DNA of 64,000 nt from an uncultured bacterium (lineage in GTDB: Bacteria; Chloroflexota; UBA5177; JANWHV01): the NCBI GenBank assembly GCA_963827235.1, contig CAWHAE010000009.1, positions 576,001-640,000 of the forward strand, given 5' to 3'. Shown in pieces: positions 42,360-51,729 of the stretch. A program made the translations under genes and the position numbers. Numbering within the stretch: the stretch's first letter is position 1; the number at the start of each line of letters is the position of its first letter. The notes under the pieces are model-generated. The model had not been told where the DNA came from and did no database searches. It saw only the letters and a list, made by a program, of their open reading frames with translations.

Positions 42360-42600
42360 ATTCCAGTGGAAGGCTGGAGCCTCTACGAAGCTCACATCCT
42401 CAACGTCGCGCTGAAGATGTGGAGTTCCTTCACGAAGGTGTGTACCGCGCTCCCGCATCCTTTGCCCGAGGATGGTGCGCCGCATAGACTCCTTGGTTAG
42501 CCGGACGAGCAGCAGTTCGACGGCAATCCTGGACGAGCTAACGGTAACGCCGACGCTTGGCGCCTTCTGCTCCAGGTTGATGAAGATGGCGAGAAGAGCT
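42360..42600 (+). pseudogene. DUF1963/YwqG-like gene remnant
   Basis: HRLLG*PDEQQ...AWRLLLQVDED resembles the DUF1963 motif HxLLGYPxxxQ...WxLLLQLDSD; TAG at 42498. Confidence 0.5.
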
Positions 42601-42602
42601 TG

Positions 42603-43364
42603 TCAGTTGGTCTCCAGAGGCCGGTCGGCGCGGGCGCGAAGCTTCGCCCAGGCCGGAGTAGCCAGGAAGCTATCGCCTGCGTGGGACCATGCCTCTTCCA
42701 GCATCGCGGTGGGCATGGCCAGCGTGGTGAGCGATGCCGGTAGGTGCACGCGAGCGGACGGATCGTGGAAGCCCCAGAAGGCTGCCGGTTTCTCCTCCCG
42801 CAGCGATCGCAGCGGAAGGGTCACCATCGAGCCGCACGCGGAGGCGAACCGCGCCACCACGCGCTGTTCCGCCATCGGATTGTCGTGGTGCAGCAGATAG
42901 ACGAGGGCGCTCAGCTGGTCCGGCGTGGCAAAGAATATCGCAACGTCGGGACGTTCATCTGCCGCGAAGCTCCCGAATGGCTTGAACACGGCTAGGTGGC
43001 CGGCAGGCGCGCTGAATCGCATGGCTTCCAGCCACTGCCGCGCCAGCTCCGGTGTGTGGATGAAGCGCTCAGGCTCACGTGACAGGCAGGGACCGCAGGA
43101 GAGAAACTGCTCGATTCCCTCGAATATCCACGGTGCGAATCCAAGGTAGAAGGCTGCGCACGGCCGGCCGCACGTGCCGGGCCCAACCGCGACGGTGGCC
43201 CCTCGCGCACAGGCGAAGATCAGCGAGGCAAGGCAGCCACCGGATCTCTTGAACTCGAGCGCACCCTGCGGCTTCTCGCGCGTATAGCGAAATCCGACGG
43301 GACGAAGGTGCATCCCCAGCACCGCGGCCAACTCGTCCGCGAAGCTTCCATCAATCGGGCTCAT
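42603..43364 (-). CDS. DUF169 family protein
   Basis: PVGFRY, conserved Cys residues, PDVAIFFATPDQLSALV, ASACGS, GFHDPSAR. Confidence 0.8.
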   Translation of the reverse strand: MSPIDGSFADELAAVLGMHLRPVGFRYTREKPQGALEFKRSGGCLASLIFACARGATVAVGPGTCGRPCAAFYLGFAPWIFEGIEQFLSCGPCLSREPERFIHTPELARQWLEAMRFSAPAGHLAVFKPFGSFAADERPDVAIFFATPDQLSALVYLLHHDNPMAEQRVVARFASACGSMVTLPLRSLREEKPAAFWGFHDPSARVHLPASLTTLAMPTAMLEEAWSHAGDSFLATPAWAKLRARADRPLETN

Positions 43365-43841
43365 ACAGGTGCCCTCCCACGGGTACGTCCGCCGAAGCGC
43401 GCGTGCCGCGCCATGGTGTGGTCGCGGACTCGGGAAGCGCCGTTCCGTGGCACGCCGCGTCCAGAACTACCCTAGCACGGAGGATGCCGGGGCACAAGCC
43501 GCTCGAGAATGCGCCCATGATCGCGATCGATTACCGTCTGGGCCACTGGGCGACGGTATAGCGGCTTGCCGTAGCATTTGACTTGTCCGAGGCAGCGGCC
43601 CCAGACGATGATGGCGGAGAATGGCGCCTGCGCCGGTGCTCTTCTCCGTGAGCTCACAAAGACAGCCAACTATGGAGGCAGGCTGGCGTTCGTGGCGGGG
43701 CCATGTATCGGACGACGCTTCGATAGTGGCCCGGGCTGGGTCACAGTGCCGGCACTGTCCGCAGCGCGCGCATCCCTGGTACAGACAGCCGGCAGGCTCT
43801 CCTGTTAGGATTGATGCGTGCGCGGCAAGGCTGGGCACACT

Positions 43842-45014
43842 ATGTCTGGGAAGAGGGCAGGAGTGCCGGGACGGTGGCCGCCGAGAGTAGGTGAGCGCGA
43901 ATGGACGCTCATCCTTGCTGCTTTCTTCTTCATGAACTGCGGCTGGGCTACCTATTCGGCGCTCTTCACCAACTTCGTCTCCCAGGATCTGCATATCCAT
44001 CCCAGCCAGCTTGGCCTCGTCGAATCGCTCCGCGAGGTGCCCGGGTTCCTCACCGTGGTGCTGGCCGCTCTGACCGTGCGTCTGCGCGAATCGCGCGTCA
44101 CCGCGCTCGCGCTGCTCATTCTAGGCATCGGCCTCATGGGTTATTCGACCGCGACCGGCCTGGCCACCCTGATCGCGATCACCATGTTCGGCAGCATCGG
44201 CTTCCATCTGTTTAACCCGCTCAGCTCCGGCCTCGTCCTGGGACAGGCAGGCGAGCACAACCGCGGCACCAAGATGGGTCAAAGCAACACGGTCGGTGCC
44301 GTCGGCACGCTGCTTGGCACGGCCCTGGTGCTTGCGCTGGTCATCCCGCTGGGCCTGCGCGGCAGCTTCGTCCCCGCCGGGGCATTGGTGCTGGTGGGAG
44401 CCGTCTGCCTGTGGCTCCTGCACGATCAGGAGGCCGCGCCGCGAATCAGCATCATATTCCGGCGCCGCTATCTGACCTACTACGCGCTTACCTTGCTGGA
44501 CGGCAGCCGGCGTCAGATATTCGGCACGTTCGCCGTGTTCCTGCTGGTCAGGAACTATCACGTGGGCGTGCAGTCGATCACCGTGCTCCTGCTGTTCAAC
44601 ACGGTGGTCACCATGATCTTTGCGGTACCGATCGGTCGCATGATCGATACCTACGGCGAGCGTGCCGTGCTGGTAGGCAACTACATCCTTCTGGTCTTCC
44701 TGTTTTCCGGCTACGCGCTGGTCCACGCCGTGGTACTGCTGGGCATCCTGTTCTGCATCGACAACATGCTGTTCTGCTGCGGTGCGGCCATCACCACCTA
44801 CTTGGGCAAGATCGCGCCGCGCGATGAGATGACGCCGACCCTGGCCATGGGAGGGACGGCTAATCATGTCGCGGCGGTCAGCGTGCCCGTGCTCGGCGGC
44901 ATCGTATGGGATCACTTCGGCTACCAGGTCACCTTCTTCGCCGGAGCCGCGACATGTATCCTCTCTATCCTGGTCGCGCTGGCTGTTCGTCCACCTGCCC
45001 GCGGTGATCGATAG
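43842..45014 (+). CDS. MFS transporter
   Basis: About 12 hydrophobic segments; ESLREVPG, GRMIDTYGER. Confidence 0.9.
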   Translation: MSGKRAGVPGRWPPRVGEREWTLILAAFFFMNCGWATYSALFTNFVSQDLHIHPSQLGLVESLREVPGFLTVVLAALTVRLRESRVTALALLILGIGLMGYSTATGLATLIAITMFGSIGFHLFNPLSSGLVLGQAGEHNRGTKMGQSNTVGAVGTLLGTALVLALVIPLGLRGSFVPAGALVLVGAVCLWLLHDQEAAPRISIIFRRRYLTYYALTLLDGSRRQIFGTFAVFLLVRNYHVGVQSITVLLLFNTVVTMIFAVPIGRMIDTYGERAVLVGNYILLVFLFSGYALVHAVVLLGILFCIDNMLFCCGAAITTYLGKIAPRDEMTPTLAMGGTANHVAAVSVPVLGGIVWDHFGYQVTFFAGAATCILSILVALAVRPPARGDR

Positions 45015-45122
45015 CCGGTCTGGTCATGCTCCGGCACATGATCGAGGTGTCGATCCCGCTCCTCAGGTGAGCGCTGAACCCGTTGCTCGACGCGGGCGGG
45101 GTTTCTGCACACACGCGGTAGG

Positions 45123-45165
45123 TTGACCGGCTCGCACAGGCCACATATACTATGAAGCATAGTAT
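45123..45165 (+). promoter_or_regulatory. Sigma70-type promoter with overlapping operator for the TA pair
   Basis: TTGACC-N17-TATACT; inverted repeat ATACTATG-AAG-CATAGTAT (45147-45165). Confidence 0.75.
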
Positions 45166-45187
45166 GGCTGAAAGGGCGGGCTGCGCT

Positions 45188-45463
45188 ATGGCGACGACGA
45201 CAAGCATCCGCATGCCGGATGAGGTGCATGCGCAGTATGAAATGTTGGCGAAGGCGACCGGGCGCTCGCGTAACGAGTTGATGGTGGCCGCGCTCCGTAC
45301 CGCTGCTGAGCAGCAGTTGCGCGAGATCGCCATGATCCACGAGGGCGTCGAGCAGGCGCGCGCCGGTAGTGGCATCCCCATCGAGGACGTCGTGGCCCAA
45401 TTCCAGGCCGAGGGCATGCTTCCACCCGACTTCGCGCTCGGCACGGACCAGGCCACGGTGTGA
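45188..45463 (+). CDS. CopG/RHH-family antitoxin
   Basis: TTSIRMPDEV...LAKATGRSRNELM; overlaps the toxin start (GTGA). Confidence 0.85.
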   Translation: MATTTSIRMPDEVHAQYEMLAKATGRSRNELMVAALRTAAEQQLREIAMIHEGVEQARAGSGIPIEDVVAQFQAEGMLPPDFALGTDQATV

Positions 45464-45735
45464 CGGTCCATCTGATGCCTGCAGCACAGGACGACATCCG
45501 TGCTGCCTACCGCTACTATGCGGAGCGTAGCCCGCAGGCCGCGGACCGGGTCGTCGGCGCGATTCTCAATGCCTGCAACGGCCTGGCCGAGTTTCCTCTG
45601 CTGGGCCGACCCGGACTGGTGGGGGGGACGCGAGAACGGCTAGTGACACGCTTCCCGTATCGCATCATCTATCAGATTACCGGCGAGACTATCGAGGTGC
45701 TCCGCGTGCTCCACACCACCAGGCGCTGGACGTGA
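45460..45735 (+). CDS. RelE/ParE-family toxin
   Basis: AAQDDI..Y, LAEFPLLGRPG...GTRE...FPYRIIY...IEVLRVLHT.R. Confidence 0.9.
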   Translation: MTVHLMPAAQDDIRAAYRYYAERSPQAADRVVGAILNACNGLAEFPLLGRPGLVGGTRERLVTRFPYRIIYQITGETIEVLRVLHTTRRWT

Positions 45736-45827
45736 AGATTACCCTCGCGTAGACAGCAAGCCCTCCCGCTTCAGCGCTATCCTTCACACAGCACACTTCG
45801 GCGATCTCCTGCTTTCGACAGAGGGGC

Positions 45828-46871
45828 GTGATGGGTAGAGATAACGCGAAACAGTCACACCAGCGACAGAGTTCTCGTCAGACGAACCCGGTGGTGGTAA
45901 CCGACTTCCCCGGTTTCGAGCAGCCGGACCTCGAACGTCTCTATCGGAAACTGGGGAACGATCACGTCTTCATCGTGGGGGGCTACGATGCCCTCCGCGT
46001 CGCTCTCGAGCAACACCCGGAGACCGATGTGCTGTGCACGGGCTCTATACCCGACGACCTCACCACGCTGGCGCCGAACCTGCGCTGGATCCAGCTCCCG
46101 TCCGCGGGGGCGGATCACATCATGCGGAGCGGACTGCCGCTCTCGCGACTGCCACTGATGATCACCACGTCGAGTGGCATCCACGCCACCCCCATCACGG
46201 AGTATGTGTTCAGCAGTCTTCTCCTGCACGCCTGGCACTGGCGCAGACTGCTCGCGCTCCAGCGCGACCGCACCTGGGCCGACGACAGCGAGCGGGCGAG
46301 TCTGCGCGGCTTCGAGCTCTTCGGCACGACGATCGGCATCGTAGGCGTGGGCCACATCGGCCGCCAGATCGCCCGCCTGGCACACGCCTTCGAGATGCGC
46401 GTGCTCGGCATTCGGCGCTCGGCTCACAGCGGCGAGCAAGATCCGGACGTCGACATGCTCTATCCACCTGAGCAGCTCCGGGTGATGCTGAGCCAGTGCG
46501 ACCACGTGGTAGTTGCCACGCCCAGCACCCCCGAGACGCACCACCTGATCGGGGAGGGAGAGCTGCGATCCATGCGGCCGCATGCCTACATCATCAACAT
46601 CGCGCGCGGCGACGTGATCGATGAGTCCGCGCTCGTACGCGCCCTGACACAGCACTGGATCGGCGGCGCGGGACTGGACGTCATGGAGCAGGAACCGCTC
46701 AGCCCCTCGTCCCGCCTGTGGTCGCTGCCCAACGTCTATCTCTCGCCGCACATTTCCGGTGCCACGCGGCGGTACGGCTCCCTGCTGATGGATCTGTTCC
46801 TCGAAAACCTTCGCCTCTACCAGAATTCGGAGCCGCTGCTCAACGTGCTGGACCCCTCGCGGGGATACTAA
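45828..46871 (+). CDS. D-2-hydroxyacid dehydrogenase
   Basis: SAGADH, GVGHIG, INIARG, AGLDV..QEPL, SPHISG. Confidence 0.93.
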   Translation: MMGRDNAKQSHQRQSSRQTNPVVVTDFPGFEQPDLERLYRKLGNDHVFIVGGYDALRVALEQHPETDVLCTGSIPDDLTTLAPNLRWIQLPSAGADHIMRSGLPLSRLPLMITTSSGIHATPITEYVFSSLLLHAWHWRRLLALQRDRTWADDSERASLRGFELFGTTIGIVGVGHIGRQIARLAHAFEMRVLGIRRSAHSGEQDPDVDMLYPPEQLRVMLSQCDHVVVATPSTPETHHLIGEGELRSMRPHAYIINIARGDVIDESALVRALTQHWIGGAGLDVMEQEPLSPSSRLWSLPNVYLSPHISGATRRYGSLLMDLFLENLRLYQNSEPLLNVLDPSRGY

Positions 46872-46955
46872 TATCCTGACCGTATGTCCGGCTGCAGCTC
46901 TCCGCGATCGCGCGGGGATAGCGGCAGGCGCGTCGCTCACGGTGCAGGGGACTGC

Positions 46956-48152
46956 ATGGAGCAGGTAGGAGACCATGACACGACCGGCGGCGACACGCCG
47001 CGAACGCGTGCGCGCGCCGTCAAAGAAATCGCGCGCGCGGCGGGCTTCGATGTAGTGGGCATCGCCGCCGCCGCGCCCTTTGAGGAAGCGCGCCGCTTTT
47101 TGCGCGACCGCATCGCCGCGGGTGTCTTCTCGGGCCTGACCTGGTTCACGGCCGAGCGCGCCGACACGGCCGCCGATCCCGCCAACCTGCTTCCGGGCGT
47201 TCGCTCGATCGTGGCCGTGGCAATGTCCTACCGCACGATCGAGCCCGAGGATGCCGGCGACAATCTGCCGCGTGGCCGCATCGCGCGCTACGCGTGGGCG
47301 CGGGACTACCACACACTGCTCAAGAAGCGCATGCGCTCGGTCGCCGGCATTCTACAGGAGCGGTTTGGCGCCGGCGAGTGCCGCACGCTGGTAGACACGG
47401 CGCGGATCGTGGACCGAGCAGTGGCCCAACGCGCGGGAACGGGATGGTACGGGAAGAACACCAACGTGATCAACCCCATCTTCGGCTCGTGGATTCTGTT
47501 GGGCGAGATCCTGACCTCGCTGGATCTGGAGCCGGACCAACCGCTGCGCAAACACTGCGGCGCGTGCACGCTCTGCATCCATGCCTGCCCAACGGGCGCA
47601 CTCACCGGTCCATACGAGCTGGACAACAACCGCTGTATCTCGTACTTGACCATCGAGCACCGGGGGCCGATTCCCCGAGAGTTACGCGCCTTGATCGGCG
47701 AGTGGGTGTTCGGCTGCGACGTCTGCCAGGATGTGTGTCCCCCCGCGCTCAAGGGAATATCGGTGAATCACCCCGCCTTTCAGGCCGCCGATCCGGACGC
47801 GGCGCGACCGGCGCTGATCCCGCTGCTGCGCATCAGCGAGGTGGAGTTCAGGCGCCGGTTCTCCGGCAGCCCGATCACGCGCGTCAAGCGCGAGGGACTG
47901 CAGCGCAACGCGGCGGTAGCTCTGGGCAACAGCGGCGACCCGCGGGCGGTGCCGCCGCTGATCGACGCGCTCAGCCTGGCGACGGCGCTCGTGCGCGGGC
48001 ACGCGGCCTGGGCCCTGGGTCGACTGGGCGGCGACGCTGCCGTGGAGGCGTTGCGGCAGGCGCTCGGCCGCGAGACAGATCCCTGGGTGCGCGAAGAGAT
48101 CTCGCTGGCGCTCGCCGAGCCCGGCGCCATGATGGGCATCCGGTCGCGCTAG
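46956..48152 (+). CDS. queG: tRNA epoxyqueuosine(34) reductase
   Basis: ARYAWARDYH, GWYGKN, CGACTLCIHACP, CISYLTIE, GCDVCQDVCP, C-terminal HEAT repeat. Confidence 0.95.
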   Translation: MEQVGDHDTTGGDTPRTRARAVKEIARAAGFDVVGIAAAAPFEEARRFLRDRIAAGVFSGLTWFTAERADTAADPANLLPGVRSIVAVAMSYRTIEPEDAGDNLPRGRIARYAWARDYHTLLKKRMRSVAGILQERFGAGECRTLVDTARIVDRAVAQRAGTGWYGKNTNVINPIFGSWILLGEILTSLDLEPDQPLRKHCGACTLCIHACPTGALTGPYELDNNRCISYLTIEHRGPIPRELRALIGEWVFGCDVCQDVCPPALKGISVNHPAFQAADPDAARPALIPLLRISEVEFRRRFSGSPITRVKREGLQRNAAVALGNSGDPRAVPPLIDALSLATALVRGHAAWALGRLGGDAAVEALRQALGRETDPWVREEISLALAEPGAMMGIRSR

Positions 48153-48205
48153 CCTGCAACTGCTCGTTACATCGAGAACGGCAACGCACGCGCGGTGCCA
48201 CTGCG

Positions 48206-48500
48206 CTAACTGTCGAGATGGGCCATCTGCGCGGCATCGTAGCGGTCCCCGGCAGGGGCGCCCTGCGGCACGGCCTTGTCGATCCGCTCGAGATCGTGCG
48301 CCGCGAGGTCGAGGTCGCGCGCTCCCGGTGCCTCGTTCAGGCGGTCACGGCGGCGCGCCCCGACCACGGGCACGATATCCCGGCCGCGGGCAAGCACCCG
48401 GGCAATGGCCATCTGGGCGACGGTGACGCCTTTTCATCCGCCACCGCACGCAGGGCATCGACCAGCGCCAGGTTGCGATCGAGCCATGTTCTCTTCCTGG
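48206..48500 (-). pseudogene. 3' remnant of an aldo/keto reductase, frameshifted near 48430
   Basis: LDRNLALVDALRAVADEK / VTVAQMAIARVLARGRDIVPVVGARRRDRL...GDRY. Confidence 0.75.
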
Positions 48501-48725
48501 TAGCTCCGCTGCCCGCTGTTCTCCCGGCCAATCACCCTGGTAGTCCCGGGCCGTGCCTGCAGTATGCGCGAGGGCGACGTACATGTGAGGACACGGGACA
48601 CCGACTTCTTCGGCACTGGCGTTGCAACCTGTACGAGCGATCGCGTCGAGCTCTTTCTCGCTCCGCGGAATGAGCCGAGCTAGCATCTGCATGGGCCAAC
48701 CAGATCGCGCGTTTCGCAACGCGGG

Positions 48726-49211
48726 CTACGACATGCCCTCTGCCTTGCGCTCGTACGGCTCCCAGGGAGGAATGGGCTCGTGCACGTTGAACGTGCGCTG
48801 CTCAAAGCACCGCACCTGATCCCGAAAGGCGTCGCCGATCGGCGCCACCCGCTTGCTCTGGTGATCGAAGACCGTCTGCACCGTGCGCCCTTCGGCGATC
48901 AATCGACTGTCTGCGCTCCGGCAGATGCGGTACTCGAACGCGAAGCTGCTGCGGCGCATGTGACTCACGCGCACGCCGACCTGCAGGATGTCGCCCAACA
49001 GAGCAGGAGTGCGATAGCGACAGACGGCTTCCACGATCACGAGCTTGATGTCGTCGATGCTCACCGGCTTCCTGGAAACGGTCTGCAGATACTTGATACG
49101 GGCAATCTCGAAGTAGGTGAAATAGGTGACGTTGTTGACGTGGCCGAGAGCATCGAGATCGCTGAACCGCACCTCGATCGGAATGGCCAGCCTGAACGGG
49201 TCTTGGCCCAT
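48726..49211 (-). CDS. Acyl-CoA thioesterase (4HBT/YbgC hot-dog family)
   Basis: VRFSDLDALGHVNNVTYFTYFEIAR. Confidence 0.92.
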   Translation of the reverse strand: MGQDPFRLAIPIEVRFSDLDALGHVNNVTYFTYFEIARIKYLQTVSRKPVSIDDIKLVIVEAVCRYRTPALLGDILQVGVRVSHMRRSSFAFEYRICRSADSRLIAEGRTVQTVFDHQSKRVAPIGDAFRDQVRCFEQRTFNVHEPIPPWEPYERKAEGMS

Positions 49212-49218
49212 AGGTGCT

Positions 49219-51690
49219 CTACTTCAGACGTAGCAGGAACACGCCGTCGGTCGAGCCCGCGTAGAGAATCTCGCTGGGCCCCGGGCGCATCACCAGATTG
49301 AAGATCGTGCTGGGCATGTGCGTGCCGAGCGGCGCCCAGTTCGTGCCGCCGTCGACCGTGCTGTAAATACCCCCGCCGCCCGTGCCCAGGTACATGTGCC
49401 CGAGTGAGCGATGCTCGGGAAGCAGCGCGTTCACCGTCACGTTGCCGGGAATGCCTGCCGGCGGCGACCAGGGGCCGTTGAGCGACGTTGCTATCCAGGC
49501 GCCGCTGCCCGCGCCCGCTACCAGCCGGGACACCGGACCGTCGAGCCAGGCAAGCGCCGCCACGCCGCCTCCGGCTGCCGGGGCTCCGCCGGCGGCGTGC
49601 CACGCGGCAGCGTCGGCACCGCCCTCGTAGAAGCGCCAGGATCCCCGCTCTACGCCGGCCAAGAACTGGCCATCGCGTGCCGACCAGTAGACCGTGGCTA
49701 TGCCGTCGTTGCCGCCGGCCATTACCAGATGCCAGTGCCGGCCGTCGTCGATACTGCGAAAGATGCCGTCATCACCGGCCGCAACCAGCACGCGGCCGTG
49801 CTGGGCCAGCGCGCGGAGCGGGCGATGGCCGAACGGCCGGATCAGTGCGTCCCAGTGGCGGCCCGAGTCGTAGCTACGGTACAGATGCCCGTCTCCGGCC
49901 GCGGCCAGCAGCCCGCGACCGCCGTCCAGCGGCAGCAGGTTGTAGATAGCCAGCTTGTCGAGGGCGGTGCCCGTCCTGAGCCACGTCTGCTGATCGTTCG
50001 TGCTCACCCACACGCCCGCGCCGGTGGCTGCCCAGAGCGTGTGGCGATTCCCGGGCTGGAACAGCACGCGATAGACCGCGATGCCGCGCAGGCCGGCCGA
50101 TTCCCACGATCCACCGTGCAGTGCCGGCACCGAGGCCGCCGTCGACGGCAGCGCGGCAACGGCCGGCGGCGTGTCGGACCAGAGCGCGGCGGTAGCACCG
50201 ACCACCAGCACGCCAACGGCTGCGTCGGCGCGGAAGATGCGGCCCAGCCGCTCGAGCGCGGCGAGCGTTTCCACGCGTTGTCGCAGTCCCCAGACGCGTT
50301 CGACGTAGCCGCGCTGGATCGCAAGGTTGTAGATGGTCAGCAGGAGCACGGCAGCCACGAGGAGCAGCTTGAGAAGGAGCGTGCTGCCGTAGGCGTTGCC
50401 GCTCAGCCCGGACCGCGTGCCGACCTGTGTCTGAGCGGCAAAGAGACCAGTGGCGATCAGGATAGCGATACCGGCGCCGGCGAAGACCAGATGGCGGCGC
50501 ACCAGGCCGAGGATCAGCGGCGCCCGGTGGTCGAGATCGATGTCGTCCAGGGCAGGCAGGGCGACCACGGCGATGTAGAACATGGATCCAACCCAGACCG
50601 CTGCGCCCACGTCGTGTGTCCAGGACAGCACGATCGCGGAAAGCGTGATCGCCGGCACTGCCGCGGCGTGACTTACGGCCGCCAATAGAAACAGGAAGAG
50701 CACGGACGCGACGATCTGGCCTCCGGGCGGCGATCCGCTGGACTGCGGCTGCGCCATGGCGGACCGGACCGAGCGCGCGATGGAATCCGTGCTGACGGAC
50801 GGCGATCGGGCGCGCCGGGACGTGCTCGAGGGTAACCGCTCGACCAGGACCGCGACCAGCAACACCAGCAAGGAAACGACCCGGGCTAGGCCCAGTCGTC
50901 CGCCGAAGAGGCCGGTCACGCTGCCGCCAAGCGACACTCTGCCCGCGATCCAGAGCTCCGTGGCCGCCAGCAGCCAGCTCAGCAGGAGAAGCACGATCAG
51001 CAGGCGTGGAATCACGACGCGAAAGCCGTCCGCGCGCCTGCCAACGACAGGTAGCCAGGCGTCTTCGCGCGCGATCGCGGCATGCGCGGGAGCGCCGCCC
51101 GGGGCAGCCTCCAGCAGGGCGCCGCCGGCCCAGGCCAGCGCGGCGAGCAGCAGCAGCCAGCGGACGAGCGCGGAAAAGAAGGTGACGGCGCGCAGCGCGG
51201 TGGCATGATGCGCTTCCACGCGTGCGCTCAGATCGCCGGCTGCCGAGACATAGCCGACGGCAAAGTCGAAGGCGCCCACCACCACGTTGCCGTCTGCTGC
51301 CGAGACCGAGCTCCAGTACACTCTGTAGGTGCCGCCGCCGCGCGAGCGCAGGCGCACGGTCAGCGACTGGTGGTTGGGTGTCTGCGCCGGCGCACCCTCG
51401 ATCGCGCTGCTGCCGTCGGGACCGCTGATCCGCAGGTCGGATTGGCCGGCAACGAGGTCCGAGCTGAAGGTCAGGCGGAGGGTCGAGGGCATTGTGGGCA
51501 GCAAGCTGCCGGGAGCAATGCTGGAGCGCACGGCCACGGCCTGCGCATGCGCGCTCTGCGGCCTGCCCGCGATCAGCAGTGCCAGTAACGCGACTGCCAG
51601 GATGGTCGTGACGCGGACGCGCGGGGCTACTCTTCTAGCACGGCGGCTTGCCGGCGTAATGGGCGCGTGCCGGGATCTGCTCAGAGGCAC
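49219..51690 (-). CDS. CopC-like/CopD membrane protein fused to a C-terminal Asp-box beta-propeller
   Basis: CopC-like LRLTFS...YRVYWSSVSAADGN..G.F.FAVG; CopD SHAA, H..AAVWVG, YGSTLLLKLLL; Asp boxes SYDSGRHW, SIDDGRHW, STVDGGTNW. Confidence 0.8.
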   Translation of the reverse strand: MPLSRSRHAPITPASRRARRVAPRVRVTTILAVALLALLIAGRPQSAHAQAVAVRSSIAPGSLLPTMPSTLRLTFSSDLVAGQSDLRISGPDGSSAIEGAPAQTPNHQSLTVRLRSRGGGTYRVYWSSVSAADGNVVVGAFDFAVGYVSAAGDLSARVEAHHATALRAVTFFSALVRWLLLLAALAWAGGALLEAAPGGAPAHAAIAREDAWLPVVGRRADGFRVVIPRLLIVLLLLSWLLAATELWIAGRVSLGGSVTGLFGGRLGLARVVSLLVLLVAVLVERLPSSTSRRARSPSVSTDSIARSVRSAMAQPQSSGSPPGGQIVASVLFLFLLAAVSHAAAVPAITLSAIVLSWTHDVGAAVWVGSMFYIAVVALPALDDIDLDHRAPLILGLVRRHLVFAGAGIAILIATGLFAAQTQVGTRSGLSGNAYGSTLLLKLLLVAAVLLLTIYNLAIQRGYVERVWGLRQRVETLAALERLGRIFRADAAVGVLVVGATAALWSDTPPAVAALPSTAASVPALHGGSWESAGLRGIAVYRVLFQPGNRHTLWAATGAGVWVSTNDQQTWLRTGTALDKLAIYNLLPLDGGRGLLAAAGDGHLYRSYDSGRHWDALIRPFGHRPLRALAQHGRVLVAAGDDGIFRSIDDGRHWHLVMAGGNDGIATVYWSARDGQFLAGVERGSWRFYEGGADAAAWHAAGGAPAAGGGVAALAWLDGPVSRLVAGAGSGAWIATSLNGPWSPPAGIPGNVTVNALLPEHRSLGHMYLGTGGGGIYSTVDGGTNWAPLGTHMPSTIFNLVMRPGPSEILYAGSTDGVFLLRLK

Positions 51691-51729
51691 CAGACTCTCC
51701 CATGGTGGCGGCCGGAGCCAGAGACATCG

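Noticed and set aside
41888-42600. Amber recoding (pyrrolysine or code 15) suggested by two nearby in-frame TAGs
   Set aside because: Many intact genes here end at TAG exactly where their families end (13225, 36482, 38758); no pyl genes or suppressor tRNA seen.
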